Shown here in pieces: positions 1-12,000 of a stretch of 64,000 nt of DNA. This stretch comes from Cyanophora paradoxa CCMP329. Taxonomy: Eukaryota > Plantae > Glaucophyta. Location of the stretch: assembly GCA_004431415.1 (NCBI GenBank), contig QPMI01000015.1:545596-609595 (forward strand), written 5' to 3'. Numbering within the stretch: the first letter of the stretch is position 1; each line of letters starts with the position of its first letter. The notes beneath the pieces are model-generated. The model worked only from the letters and a program-made list of their open reading frames with translations, had not been told where the DNA came from and searched no databases. The translations under genes were made by a program, and so were the position numbers.

Positions 1-3000
1 AGGTCGGCGACCGGGAGGCTCTCGCAGCTGGCGCCGCAGCCGGCCCTGTACACGGCGAGCTGGACGACGTCGGATGCGAGGCGCTCGCTGCCACCGTACA
101 GCGCCGCGGGGAGGCGCAGGGCAACGACGTCGAGGGTCCGGTCGTCTGTCGCGTTGCCGAGGACAGAGAGGGCGAAGCTCGAGGGAAGGCCGATGCGGAC
201 GTCGGAGCCGCCGCCGAAGGCGACCACCTGTGCCGGGTAGTCGACGGTCCGAGAGACGCAGAGCTGGAGCGGGAGCAGCTCGGCGTCCTTGCGGGACGCG
301 GACGGCGATGCGTACGCCGCGACGGGCGAGGTCCAGTTGGCGCGCGTGGCCGCGCAAGTGCCGCACTCGAGGGAGCGGCGGCCGAGCTGGGAGAGGAGCT
401 GCCGGAGCGCGAGCGACGCGCCGAGGGTGCGGTTGACGCCGGCCTCGTTGCTGAACAGGTTGAGGGAGCCCCGGACGAGGCTCTCGAGGACGGCGTCCGT
501 GTCCGGTGTGTACGAGTTGCAGTCACGGACGTAGCGGGTAGTGAGGTTAGCCGCAAGGGAGAGCGCGTCGTGGACGACCGATGCGCTGTAGTCGGCAGCG
601 AAGCCGGCGCCGAGGATTGTGGCGAACTGCGACGCCGCTGCGCTCACGGCCATCTTGCTGTACCCGGCGCCCTCGACGGCCTGCATGGAGCTGCGGAGCG
701 CGTCCACCTGGATCTGGAGGAGCGCTGCGTCCGCGGCGCTGAGGCGACGGCGCGCGGGGACGCTGGTGAAAGCCCCGAGGACCTTGCGCCTCCGCGCGTT
801 GACGGCGGCCTGCTGCGCGGCCGACTTTGTTGCCGTCATGATGCTTCCGAACACGCACACGTAGTCCTGGGCACGCCTGCAGGCGCTGACGGCAGCGTCG
901 GTGCTGTTTCTGATGATCTCGGCAGCGTCCGTTGTCGACAAGCCAGCCATCGGGTCGGAAACAGCCACGGGCTCAAGATCATCGAAGACGGTGAATGCGC
1001 CCGTCGAATCACGAACGTATCCACGGAACTTCAATAGGTCTGAAATCCAATGTGTCAGATCAACGAATAGCGGGGATTAATGTATCCACGGAACTCTAAT
1101 AGGGCTGAAATGCAATATATTTCAGATTGACAAGTGGCGGAGATTAATGTATATATCCGCGGAACTCTAACAGGACTGGAATCCAATGTGTCCGATCAAC
1201 GAATGGCAGAGATTAATATAACCGCGGAACTTTAATGGGCCTAAAATCCAATATGTCAGATTAACCGCGTGCAACGATTCTTGATTCAATAACGAGGAAG
1301 GAACCGAGGCAGAAATAAACGAATGAGCCAAATATAACACTTTCGTAAGCGTCGACGGAAGCAAAATCAAAGCAGCGCACCCTTCACGGGGTACGCCTTG
1401 ATCTTCGTGAGCGTGCTGTCCGACGAGTAGCTGCGGAGGGTGGTCCTGGAGCCCGCGCCGACCTCCTCCGCCTCGAAAGCGTACTGGAGCGGCGGGCTCC
1501 CCGTCACCCAGTCGCCGCACGAGAGGCGGTACTCCTTGCTGAGCGCCGTTACGGACTTGGCGCCCTGGATCACGTCCAGCAGGCCGCCGTCGGCGAGGGG
1601 CTCGAGCAGCTTGCAGCTCCCCGAGGCCGGCGGCTGCGTTTTACCTTATTCAGTTACGGATTCGAACGTAATTTCGAATTCGCACGCACCCGGTTGACTT
1701 CCAGCGTGACTTCAGCGGACGCGGTGCGAGTCTTGCCGTCCTTCTCGAGCGTGACCGAGAGGGCGAACGTGTACGCCTGGCCCGGGCGGAGGACGTTCTT
1801 CTTGAGGACGAGGGACGACCCCGTGCTGCTCTCGGTGATCCCCTTGTCCTGCAGGTCCAGCGTGCTCGCGCTCTGCACGGTCCACAGGTACTGCAGCTTG
1901 TAGACCGACTCGCCGTTCGCCTTGAAGTCGGCAGCGTCGATGTCCTTGGGCGCCTCGACGGCGCCGGTGAGCTTCAGCTCTCGGAAAGCGTTCACTGTCC
2001 GCGATCCCTCGAGCTGCGCTCGCACAAGTGAGACGAGCACTATCCAGAACCGAGCAGAAGAGCTGCACCGATATCGAGACAGAGGGCGGGGCGTACTCCG
2101 CGATGACAACGGGGACGGCGGCCATCGCAGCGGCGCGGTCGAGGCCGTCGGTACGAGTAACGTGCACTGCAAACGAGAACCTACATTCGAGAATCGAATC
2201 AACGCATATTGTCATATGTATAAATGAACGGCTTACGGCTTCTGTGGAGACGCTTTGTCTGGCTGGAGAGTACGAGCCGTGATTTGGAGAACGCAGCCAT
2301 TTTTTTCGCTCGGGAGGGCCACACCGGGACCGCTGATTAGAAAGCCGTCCGGGTCCAGCGGGAGCGCGTGCGTCGGAGAGCTGGCGCCCAGGGTCCACTT
2401 GCAAGCGAGCATCGTGTCAAAGCCGGCGACGGCGTCAACGTTGTCAGGGTCGAATGATTTCGTCGCGTCCAGCACAATATTCGAATCGACCCCCACGGTG
2501 CTCGTCAGCTTCAGCTGGCCAGCTGACTCGGAGAACGACCTGGCGTCCGCAACGAGTTTCGCGGCCTTTACTGTGAGTTCGGTCGTGAAACTGTTCCTGA
2601 GGCTGGCGTCCGTCCTCACGTTGCCCTCGACCTCCACCTTGTACGGCGTGGTCCGAGGCTGCACACGAAGGCGGGCGGATCAGCAGCCGATCGTAGACAT
2701 CCTTGTTTAACTTCCGCACCAGCAGCGAGAGTTTGAGCTTTCCGTTTGGTCCGATCGTAAATGTCGAGGACGTCTCTCCGACCTGCTCGACTTCGTCGAT
2801 GAACCACCGGAACTCCATCTCGATCGCTGCGGCAGCATCTCGAATCCTCTTCAAAAGAACGAATACTCATGTTTTCGCACTCGAGCTCGAGGAGCAGGCG
2901 CTGAAGGTCGCCCGCGCGGTGAGCGTCGTGTCGGCCGTCTTTGCCGTCTCGAGCTTCGCCCCCTCCGCGATCACGACGCTCGGGATCTCCGTGTTGGTTT

Positions 3001-6000
3001 TCGCGAGCTGCCGCAAACACATTTCGCTAAGCAATTCAACGCCTCCCATGGCCAGATCTAGACACTCTAGCAGAGCGCACCGCAATGGTCTGCTGCACGC
3101 TCGGCTTGTTGAGGAAGTTCTGTGCCTGGACGGCAACGAGGTAGCTTCCGGTTGGCGCGGACGCGAGGATACGGAGCGCCGTCCCTGAGATTCTGTACAG
3201 GGCGGGATCTGCTGGTACAGAACAATACTGAGTGAATCCGTCTATGGAAGTGCTTGTCAGAGAAGGCACGGACCAACAGCGATTCCGCCCTGAGTGACGG
3301 TCCACTGCAGAGTGAGTGGTCGGCCGCAGCCGCCGCCCTCTACCTTCACAAAGTACTCTGCGGGGTTGCACCTCCCGACCGAGACGTCGCCTGTGAGCTG
3401 GATGACTGGGGTCGGCGGGTTGGCCGGGGCTTGAATGACGATGGCGGGAGCCGAATCAGGGATCGGAGCGGAGTTGCCGATGCTGCTCATGCGCGTATCC
3501 GGACGAGACCACGGTCAGAGATCAACAAGATGAAATAGCTATAACAGAGCGCACGCGTTCAAGATCGGAGCCCCGGAGCTGGCAATCGACACGGCGGAAA
3601 GGAGCTTGGCGAGGCCGCCGATGTTCTGGTCGTTGACTCCGGCGATCGTGACTTCGAGAACACTCGGACGGACGAATGAGCAGTACGATGCTGCGAGCAA
3701 AATGTAAATGTGAAGCACAAATGCCTTCTTGCTAAAAGGACATCGCGCACCAGAACCGAACAGAGTGGCGGCATCGCGGAAAATGGCGCTTGCACGCACA
3801 TTCCTTGCGGAGTCCAGGGCGGCGCCCGGCGTGCCCATATAGCTCTGCCGCGACACGAGAAGAAATGAGAAATCGAAGAGACAGTATACAGCCGCTATAA
3901 GAGGAAAATGTGAAGCACCTGCAGCATATCCGAGTCCTCACTCAGCGTGAACAAAACGGTATTGCCCTTCGCATGAATTAAGTCAGCCGGCGCCGTGCTG
4001 CTCGTGACATCAATCGAACAGTTGTTCGGAGCTCAAGCTCACCACATCAGAGAATTTCGCGGACAGGATCTGAATGGGGTCCTTGGGGGTACGGGCCACA
4101 GCCACCCGCGCCGCCGGCGCGTCAGCGGAAGCCATGCGCGACCCTTCAATGAAGGTCGTCTGCTTCGCGTTGACGAAGAGGTCCAAAGTTCCTGAGCCAG
4201 TCGCATAAAGCTTGTACGCTGCGCGAAAGATTATGCTGTGATCAAGAGTACCTTTATACTTTCGCTTCGAATTCTTTCTTAAAACGCACAGATTGTAACG
4301 ATGCCAGTGGTGCCAGGAACGCGAGCCATCTGCGCAGAGCGCGCAATATTAATAGCAGCAAAGTCAAATCAAGCTTATTCGAAAATAAGATTCAGATCAC
4401 GAACCGCGAGGTCGCGGAAGCACCCAATGACGCCCTGGTAGCGGACGTACGAGCAGAGTGGGGTGGCACCCGCTGCGGTCGTGAAGTCTGCAAAGAACGG
4501 AAGCTTTGCGAAACCGCCCGAAAATGTAAACTCAAACACGTCGTTCGGGGCCCTGACCGATATTTATTATTGTGTAATCAGTTTATCATTAAAGATACGG
4601 GAGAGATCGGAGGAACGCACTGGTCAAAGTCAATCACGTTGCCGCACTGGTCGACGCCTGTGAGGCGAAGCGAGTTGAGAGCCTCCGCGGCCAGCGGGCC
4701 CGCGATGCTCTCCTTGAGTGCAGAGGCGTCTCGAATGCTTGCCAGAATGTTGGGCTTCACCGTGAGAGGGAGCAGCCCTCCGAAGCCGGTACCGCTACGC
4801 GTCGCCTGAATTTGCACAATGCCGGTGGAGCAGGTCGAGAAGGTGACCTGGTAGACCCCGGCGACAGTGCCAGAGCTTGCTGATGACTGCTCGGAGACGT
4901 TCCAACTCCTGGCTGAGCCGCCGAAGCCCGCCACCGCGAGCACAGGGAGCAAACTTATGACATTCGCAGGAGCCGCCAGCGAGAGAGTCTGAGAACGAAG
5001 GCGCAGAATTGGTTAGATATGATTTGATATGCAAGAAGGCTATGAAAATTCAGGAGCACCGAGGCTGCCCACGGCGACGGGATCGCTTCGCTCGCAATCG
5101 AGCAGCTGGAGGCAGCCGCCGCCGCGCCAAATCCAAGCCGCAAGGTCGTCTCGCTGTCGGCAAGGGACTGATACGCAGCCTGTTCCACCAGGTTCCCGAG
5201 TGCGTCGCGGACTGCGACGTACGCGGTTGTCGCCTGGCCCGCAAGCACGTGCGGACTGGAGCTGGCGAGCCACTCAAGCCGGGAGGCGACGTAGGTGGGG
5301 TAGGCTGCATCCGGCGAGGTGGCGGGCTCGCCAGGACTGACGAAGACGGCGACGCTCGATCCTACTCCGGCAGCCTGGCCGTTAATGGCGACAGACAGCT
5401 TGTAGTAGCCCGCCTTGAATGCAGTTATCGACGCCGTATAGGAACCATCGGCATTGACTGAGACTGCCACAGTGGCTGCGGAAGGGAAGCTGTTCGGATT
5501 GACAACGGCCTTGAAGTTGTCCGGCAGGGTGAACACGGTCTCACTGGAACTGCGGTTTTGTTAACATTAATTAACATTAAGTGATGGAGCGCGCGCTCGA
5601 GCTCTGCAAACCTGACAGTGGAAGCGGGGCCGAGGTACGTCGGGGTCACCGTGATGTTGCTGAACGCATCGACCCGCTCGTCCTGCGCGTTGCGGAGCTC
5701 GATACGGAACGTGAAAGGTCTGCCAGCAGTGTACGCCCTGCAAATGTCGCCGAATACGCCCGACTTCGAAATCGCGATGTCTCCAGCGGTCAGCGAGATT
5801 GTGGTGACAGTCGAGACGGATGCACCGACAGTCCCAGTGACCGTGACTGTGGCACTCCCGTCAACAGACGTTTTGCCTGTTAAAACGAACTTGTCGACCC
5901 AGGTGCCGCCAGCCCCGTAGGTGCCCTTGGTCGTCACTATGTCCACTGGGGCCGCGGGGGACGCCGAAATGCTTGCAGCCACAGGCGGGGCGGAAGCTGT

Positions 6001-9000
6001 GCCTGCAGAGGAGCGGAAATCGATGGCGGCGGGGCATGATGACGCAGCCACGCCCGCTGGGACGTTGCCCATATAGTTGTCGTTGCTGCAAGAAAGTATA
6101 GTTGAATACAGATCGAATCCGTCCAAAGGACACAGCATTGCGCACCGGTCGCGGTACACGCCGATGAACGAGACGGGGAAGCCCTTGAGCGCCTTGACGC
6201 TCGAGGAAACGCCCTCGAACGACACCTTCGTCTGCATCGACGGGAGAGCGAAGAACCGGACGGGCGAGCTGGCGATCGCGCCGGAGGTCGCGGGATCGCC
6301 CGTCGCGAGGCTCAGTTGGAGCTCGTACGTGCCGCGTCGCCGTGGGACCTGCACCTCGACGAGGAACGTTCCTGCTCGACGAGCGTTACTTCGTAGAAGG
6401 CAAGACCAAAGGAAAGCTCATGCTCATGCTCGCCGTTCTGATAGTTGATGATACCGATCTGAGGAAGGGCGCTGAACGCAGGGTCGGTCGGGTCGGACGC
6501 CGTCTGAGGGACGAGCTGCGCATGCACGGTCGGAGGTTAGGGTGTTGTCGACGGATCCCGGAGCTTAAGAGGAAAGCTTAAGAGGAAAGCTGATGATAAT
6601 TATGAGTAGGCGCACCTGGACGGACAGAGTGCCTGGGTTGCGCCCCGAAACGATAAGACCGTCTGCATCGAATGCCTGGACGACCAGGGAGGAAGTCCAG
6701 CCGACGATCTGGTATTCACATGCGGCCGGCCCGCTTGCGACGCTCCGTTGGGCTACGACAGGCGCGAGGCCTTTCTTTGTGACGAATGTGCGCGTGTCGG
6801 CGGAGGATGTGCCACCAGCGTTCGTTGTCGTCGCGGTGCACTGGTATCCCGTCAAGGCTTCGAGTGGAACTTGGACGATGATTGAAGTCGGAGAAGAGAG
6901 TATGGAGAGCACTGTCACAGGATCCACAACGATCTGGGTGGCGGTGGAAGTACAGGCGACGGTTGCACTAGACACAGCGTCGATGCCGAGAACGGAGAGC
7001 ACGATGGCGACCATGCCGTCATTTGTCCGCTCCACGTCGACAGCGCCATCGGTACTGGGAGTCACTATCATAGGCGGTGCTGGCCCCGCGAAGGTGGTGA
7101 ATCGCCTCGACGCCTCCAGTGAAGCGCCATCAGCATTCACGGTTGAGACTCGGCACGTGTGCTCTATGCCCGGAGCAAGATCAACCTAGATTTCGAGGAG
7201 TGAGATTAAACTAGATGCCGGCAGGGATAGATATCGATGGCCATGGCCAAGATGCACGAACAGTTACACACGAACCAGCGCAGTGATTGACGTGACTATT
7301 CCAGTGAGCCCGGCGACTCTGACTGGCGCGAGATCCGCGGTTGCTCCAGTCGCTCTGCAAGTCACGGTTGCGCCAGCGACTGAATCAGCTGCCAGGACAC
7401 CGACTGTTATCGAAACTTGGCCATTGGAGTTGCGGGTAACTCCAGCCGCTCCGTCGGTTGCAGGGGAGGTGATGCTAGGAAGGGCCGGGCCAGCACGAGT
7501 GGAAAAGCGTCGCATGGCGAAGTCGGAGTTGCCATTCAAGTTCGTACTCTGGGCGCGGCATTCGTACTCGGTTCCTGCATCGAGAGCCACCTCAACCGCA
7601 ATGGCCGCCAAAGTCGGCCCAACTTGCACGAGGACCGGGGGACGATCCGTGGACCCGACAAGGGTAGACTTGCAGGTAACTCCGACTGAGGTTACTGCGG
7701 ACGGGGCGGAAAAGTCGATATTCAAAGCCAGAGACACTTTCCCAGACGAAACACGGGGGATGTCTCCAAGACCGTCCGATGCTGGGAACGTAATCGAAGG
7801 AGGTGCTGGGCGGAGATCAGGAGTAGGAGAAGGGGTTGGCGACGGCCTCGATGTGGGAGACGGGCTGGGCGACGGGCTCGGGCTGGGCGACGGGCTCGGG
7901 CTGGGCGACGGGCTCGGGCTGGGCGACGGGCTCGGGCTGGGCGACGGGCTCGGGCTGGGCGACGGCTCGGCTGGGCGACGGGCTCGGGCTGGGCGACGGG
8001 CTCGGGCTGGCGACGGGCTCGGGCTGGGCGACGGGCTCGGGCTGGGCGACGGGCTCGGGCTGGGCGACGGGCTCGGGCTGGGCGACGGCTCGCGGGCGAC
8101 GGCTCGGCTGGCGACGGGTGGGCTGGGCGACGGCTCGGCTGGGCGACGGGCTCGGGCTGGGCGACGGGCTCGGCTGGGCGACGGGCTCGGCTGGGCGCGG
8201 GCTCGGGCCTGGGCGAGGGCTCGGCTGGGCGAGCTCGGGCTGGGCGACGGGCTCGGGCTGGGCGACGGGCTCGGGCTGGGCGACGGGCTCGGGCTGGGCG
8301 ACGGTCGGGGGGCGACGGGGCTGGGCGGGCTCGGGCTGGGCGACGGGCTCGGGCTGGGACGGGCTCGGCTGGGACGGCTCGGGCTGGGCGACGGGCTCGG
8401 CTGGGCGACGGGCTCGGGTGGGCGACGGGCTCGGGCTGGGGCGACGGGCTCGGGCTGGGCGACGGGCTCGGGCTGGGCGACGTGGCTGCGACGGCCGCTG
8501 GGCGACGGCGCTGGCGCGGGCTGGGCGACGGGCTCGGGCTGGGCGACGGGTCGGCTGGGCGACGGCTCGTGGCGCTGGGCTGGCGACGGGCTCGGGCTGG
8601 GCGACGGGCTCGGGCTGGGCGACGGGCTCGGGCTGGCGACGGGCTCGGCTGGGCGACGGGCTCGGGCTGGGCGACGGGCTCGGGCTGGGCGACGGGCTTC
8701 GGCTGGGCGACGGGCTCGCGGCGACGGGTCGGGCTGGGCGACGGGCTCGGGCTGGGCGACGGGCTCGGGCTGGGCGACGGGCTCGGGCTGGGCGACGGGC
8801 TCGGGCTGGGCGACGGCTCGGGCTGGGCGAGCTCGGGCTCGGGCGCTGGGCGACGGGCTCGGGCTGGGCGACGGGCTCGGGCTGGGCGACGGGCTCGGGC
8901 TGGGCGACGGGCTCGGGCTGGGCGACGGGCTCGGGCTGGGCGACGGGCTCGGCTGGGCGACGGGCTCGGGCTGGGCGACGGGCTCGGGCTGGGCGACGGG

Positions 9001-12000
9001 CTCGGGCTGGGCGACGGGCTCGGGCTGGCGACGGGCTCGGGCTGGGCGACGGGCTCGGGCTGGGCGACGGGCTCGGGCTGGGCGACGGGCTCGGGCTGGG
9101 CGACGGGCTCGGGCTGGGCGACGGGCTCGGGCTGGGCGACGGGCTCGGGCTGGGCGACGGGCTCGGGCTGGGCGACGGGCTCGGGCTGGGCGACGGGCTC
9201 GGGCTGGGCGACGGGCTCGGGCTGGGCGACGGGCTCGGGCTGGGCGACGGGCTCGGGCTGGGCGACGGGCTCGGGCTGGGCGACGGGCTCGGGCTGGGCG
9301 ACGGCTCGGGCTGGGCGACGGGCTCGGGCTGGGCGACGGGCTCGGCTGGGCGACGGGCTGGCTGGGCGACGGGCTCGCTGGGCGACGGGCTGGCGACGGG
9401 CTCGGGGCGACGGGCTCGGGCTGGGCGACGGGCTCGGGCTGGGCGACGGGCTCGGGCTGGGCGACGGGCTCGGGCTGGGCGACGGGCTCGGGCTGGGCGA
9501 CGGGCTCGGGCTGGGCGACGGGCTCGGGCTGGGCCGACGGGCTTCGGGCTGGGCGACGGGCTCGGGCTGGGCGACGGGCTCGGGCTGGGCGACGGGCTCG
9601 GGCTGGGCGACGGGCTCGGGCTGGCGACGGGCTCGGGCTGGGCGACGGGCTCGGGCTGGGCGACGGGCCGGCTGGGCGACGGGCTCGGGCTGGCGACGGC
9701 TCGGCTGGGCGACGGGCTCGGGCTGGGCGACGGGCTCGGCTGGGCGACGGCTCGGGCTGGGCGACGGGCTCGGCTGGGCGACGGGCTCGGCTGGGCGACG
9801 GGCTCGGGCTGGGCGACGGCTCGGCTGGGCGACGGGCTCGGGCTGGGCGACGGGCTCGGCTGGCGACGGGCTCGGGCTGGGCGACGGGCTCGGGCTGGGC
9901 GACGGGCTCGGCTGGCGACGGGCTCGGGCTGGGCGACGGGCTCGGGCTGGGCGACGGGCTCGGCGGGCGACGGGCTCGGGCTGGGCGACGGCGCTGGCGG
10001 GGCTCGGCGGCACGGGCTGGGCGCGGGCTCGGCTGGCGACGGGCTCGGCTGGCGACGGGCTCGGCGGCGACGGGCTCGGGCTGGGCGACGGGCTCGGGCT
10101 GGGCGACGGGCTCGGGCTGGGCGACGGGCTCGGGCTGGGCGACGGCTCGGGCTGGGCGCGGCTGGGCTGGGCGACGGGCTCGGGCTGGGCGACGGGCTCG
10201 GGCTGGGCGACGGCTCGGCTGGGCGACGGGCTCGGCTGGGCGACGGGCTCGGGCTGGGCGACGGGCTCGGGCTGGGCGACGGGCTCGGGCTGGGCGACGG
10301 GCTCGGGCTGGGCGACGGGCTCGGGCTGGGCGACGGGCTCGGGCTGGGCGACGGGCTCGGGCTGGGCGACGGGCTCGGCTGGCGACGGCGGGCTGCGGGC
10401 CTGGGCGACGGGCTCGGGCTGGGCGACGGGCTCGGGCTGGGCGACGGGCTCGGGCTGGGCGACGGGCTCGGGCTGGGCGACGGGCTCGGGCTGGGCACGG
10501 TCGGCTGGGCGACGGGCTCGGGCTGGGACGGGCTCGGCCGGCTGGGCGACGGGCTCGGGCTGGGCGACGGCTCGGGCTGGGCGACGGGCTCGGGCTGGGC
10601 GACGGGCTCGGGCTGGGCGACGGGCTCGGCTGGGCGACGGGCTCGGCTGGGCGACGGCTCGGGCTGGGCGACGGGCTCGGGCTGGGCGACGGGCTCGGGC
10701 TGGCGACGGCTCGGGCTGGGCGACGGGCTCGGGCTGGCGACGGGCTCGGCTGGGCGACGGGCTCGGCTGGCGCGGCTGGCTGGGCGACGGGCTCGGGCTG
10801 GGCGACGGGCTCGGGCTGGGCGACGGGCTCGGGCTGGGCGACGGGCTCGGCTGGGCGACGGGCTCGCTGGCGACGGGCTGGGCGGGACGGGCTCGGGCTG
10901 GCGACGGCTCGGCTGGGCGACGGCTCGGCTGGGCGACGGCTGGCTGGCGACGGCTCGGCGGGCGACGCTCGGGCTGGGCGACGGCTCGGCTGGGCGACGG
11001 GCTCGGCTGGCACGGGCTCGGGCTGGGCGACGGCTCGGCTGGCGACGGCTCGGGCGGGCGACGGGCTCGGGCGGGCGACGGGCTCGCGGGCGACGGGCTC
11101 GGCTGGGCGACGGGCTCGGGCTGGGGCGGGCTGGGCGACGGGCTCGGGCTGGGCGACGGGCTCGGGCTGGGCGACGGGCTCGGGCTGGGCGACGGGCTCG
11201 GCTGGGCGACGGGCTCGGGCTGGGCGACGGGCTCGGCTGGGCGACGGGCTCGGGCTGGGCGACGGGCTCGGGCTGGGCGACGGGCTCGGGCTGGGCGACG
11301 GGCTCGGGCTGGGCGACGGCTCGGGCTGGCGACGGCTCGGCTGGGCGACGGGCTCGGGCTGGGCGACGGGCTCGGGCTGGGCGACGGGCTCGGGCTGGGC
11401 GACGGGCTCGGGCTGGGCGACGGGCTCGGCTGGGCGACGGGCTCGGGCTGGGCGACGGGCTCGGGCTGGGCGACGGGCTCGGGCTGGGCGACGGGCTCGG
11501 GCTGGGCGACGGGCTCGGGCTGGGCGACGGGCTCGGGCTGGGCGACGGGCTCGCGGGGCTGGGCGACGGGCTCGGGCTGGGCGACGGGCTCGGGCTGGGC
11601 GACGGGCTCGGCTGGCGACGGCTCGGGCTGGGCGACGGGCTCGGGCTGGGCGACGGGCTCGGGCTGGGCGACGGGCTCGGGTGCTGGGCGACGGGCTCGG
11701 GCTGGGCGACGGGCTCGGGCTGGGCGACGGGCTCGGGCTGGGCGACGGGCTCGGGCTGGGCGACGGGCTCGGGCTGGGCGACGGGCTCGGGCTGGGCGAC
11801 GGGCTCGGGCTGGGCGACGGGCTCGGGCTGGGCGACGGGCTCGGGCTGGGCGACGGGCTCGGGCTGGGCGACGGGCTCGGGCTGGGCGACGGGCTCGGGC
11901 TGGCGACGGGCTCGGGCTGGGCGACGGGTCGGCTGGGCGACGGGCTCGGGCTGGGCGACGGGCTCGGGCTGGCGACGGGCTCGGGCTGGGCGACGGGCTC

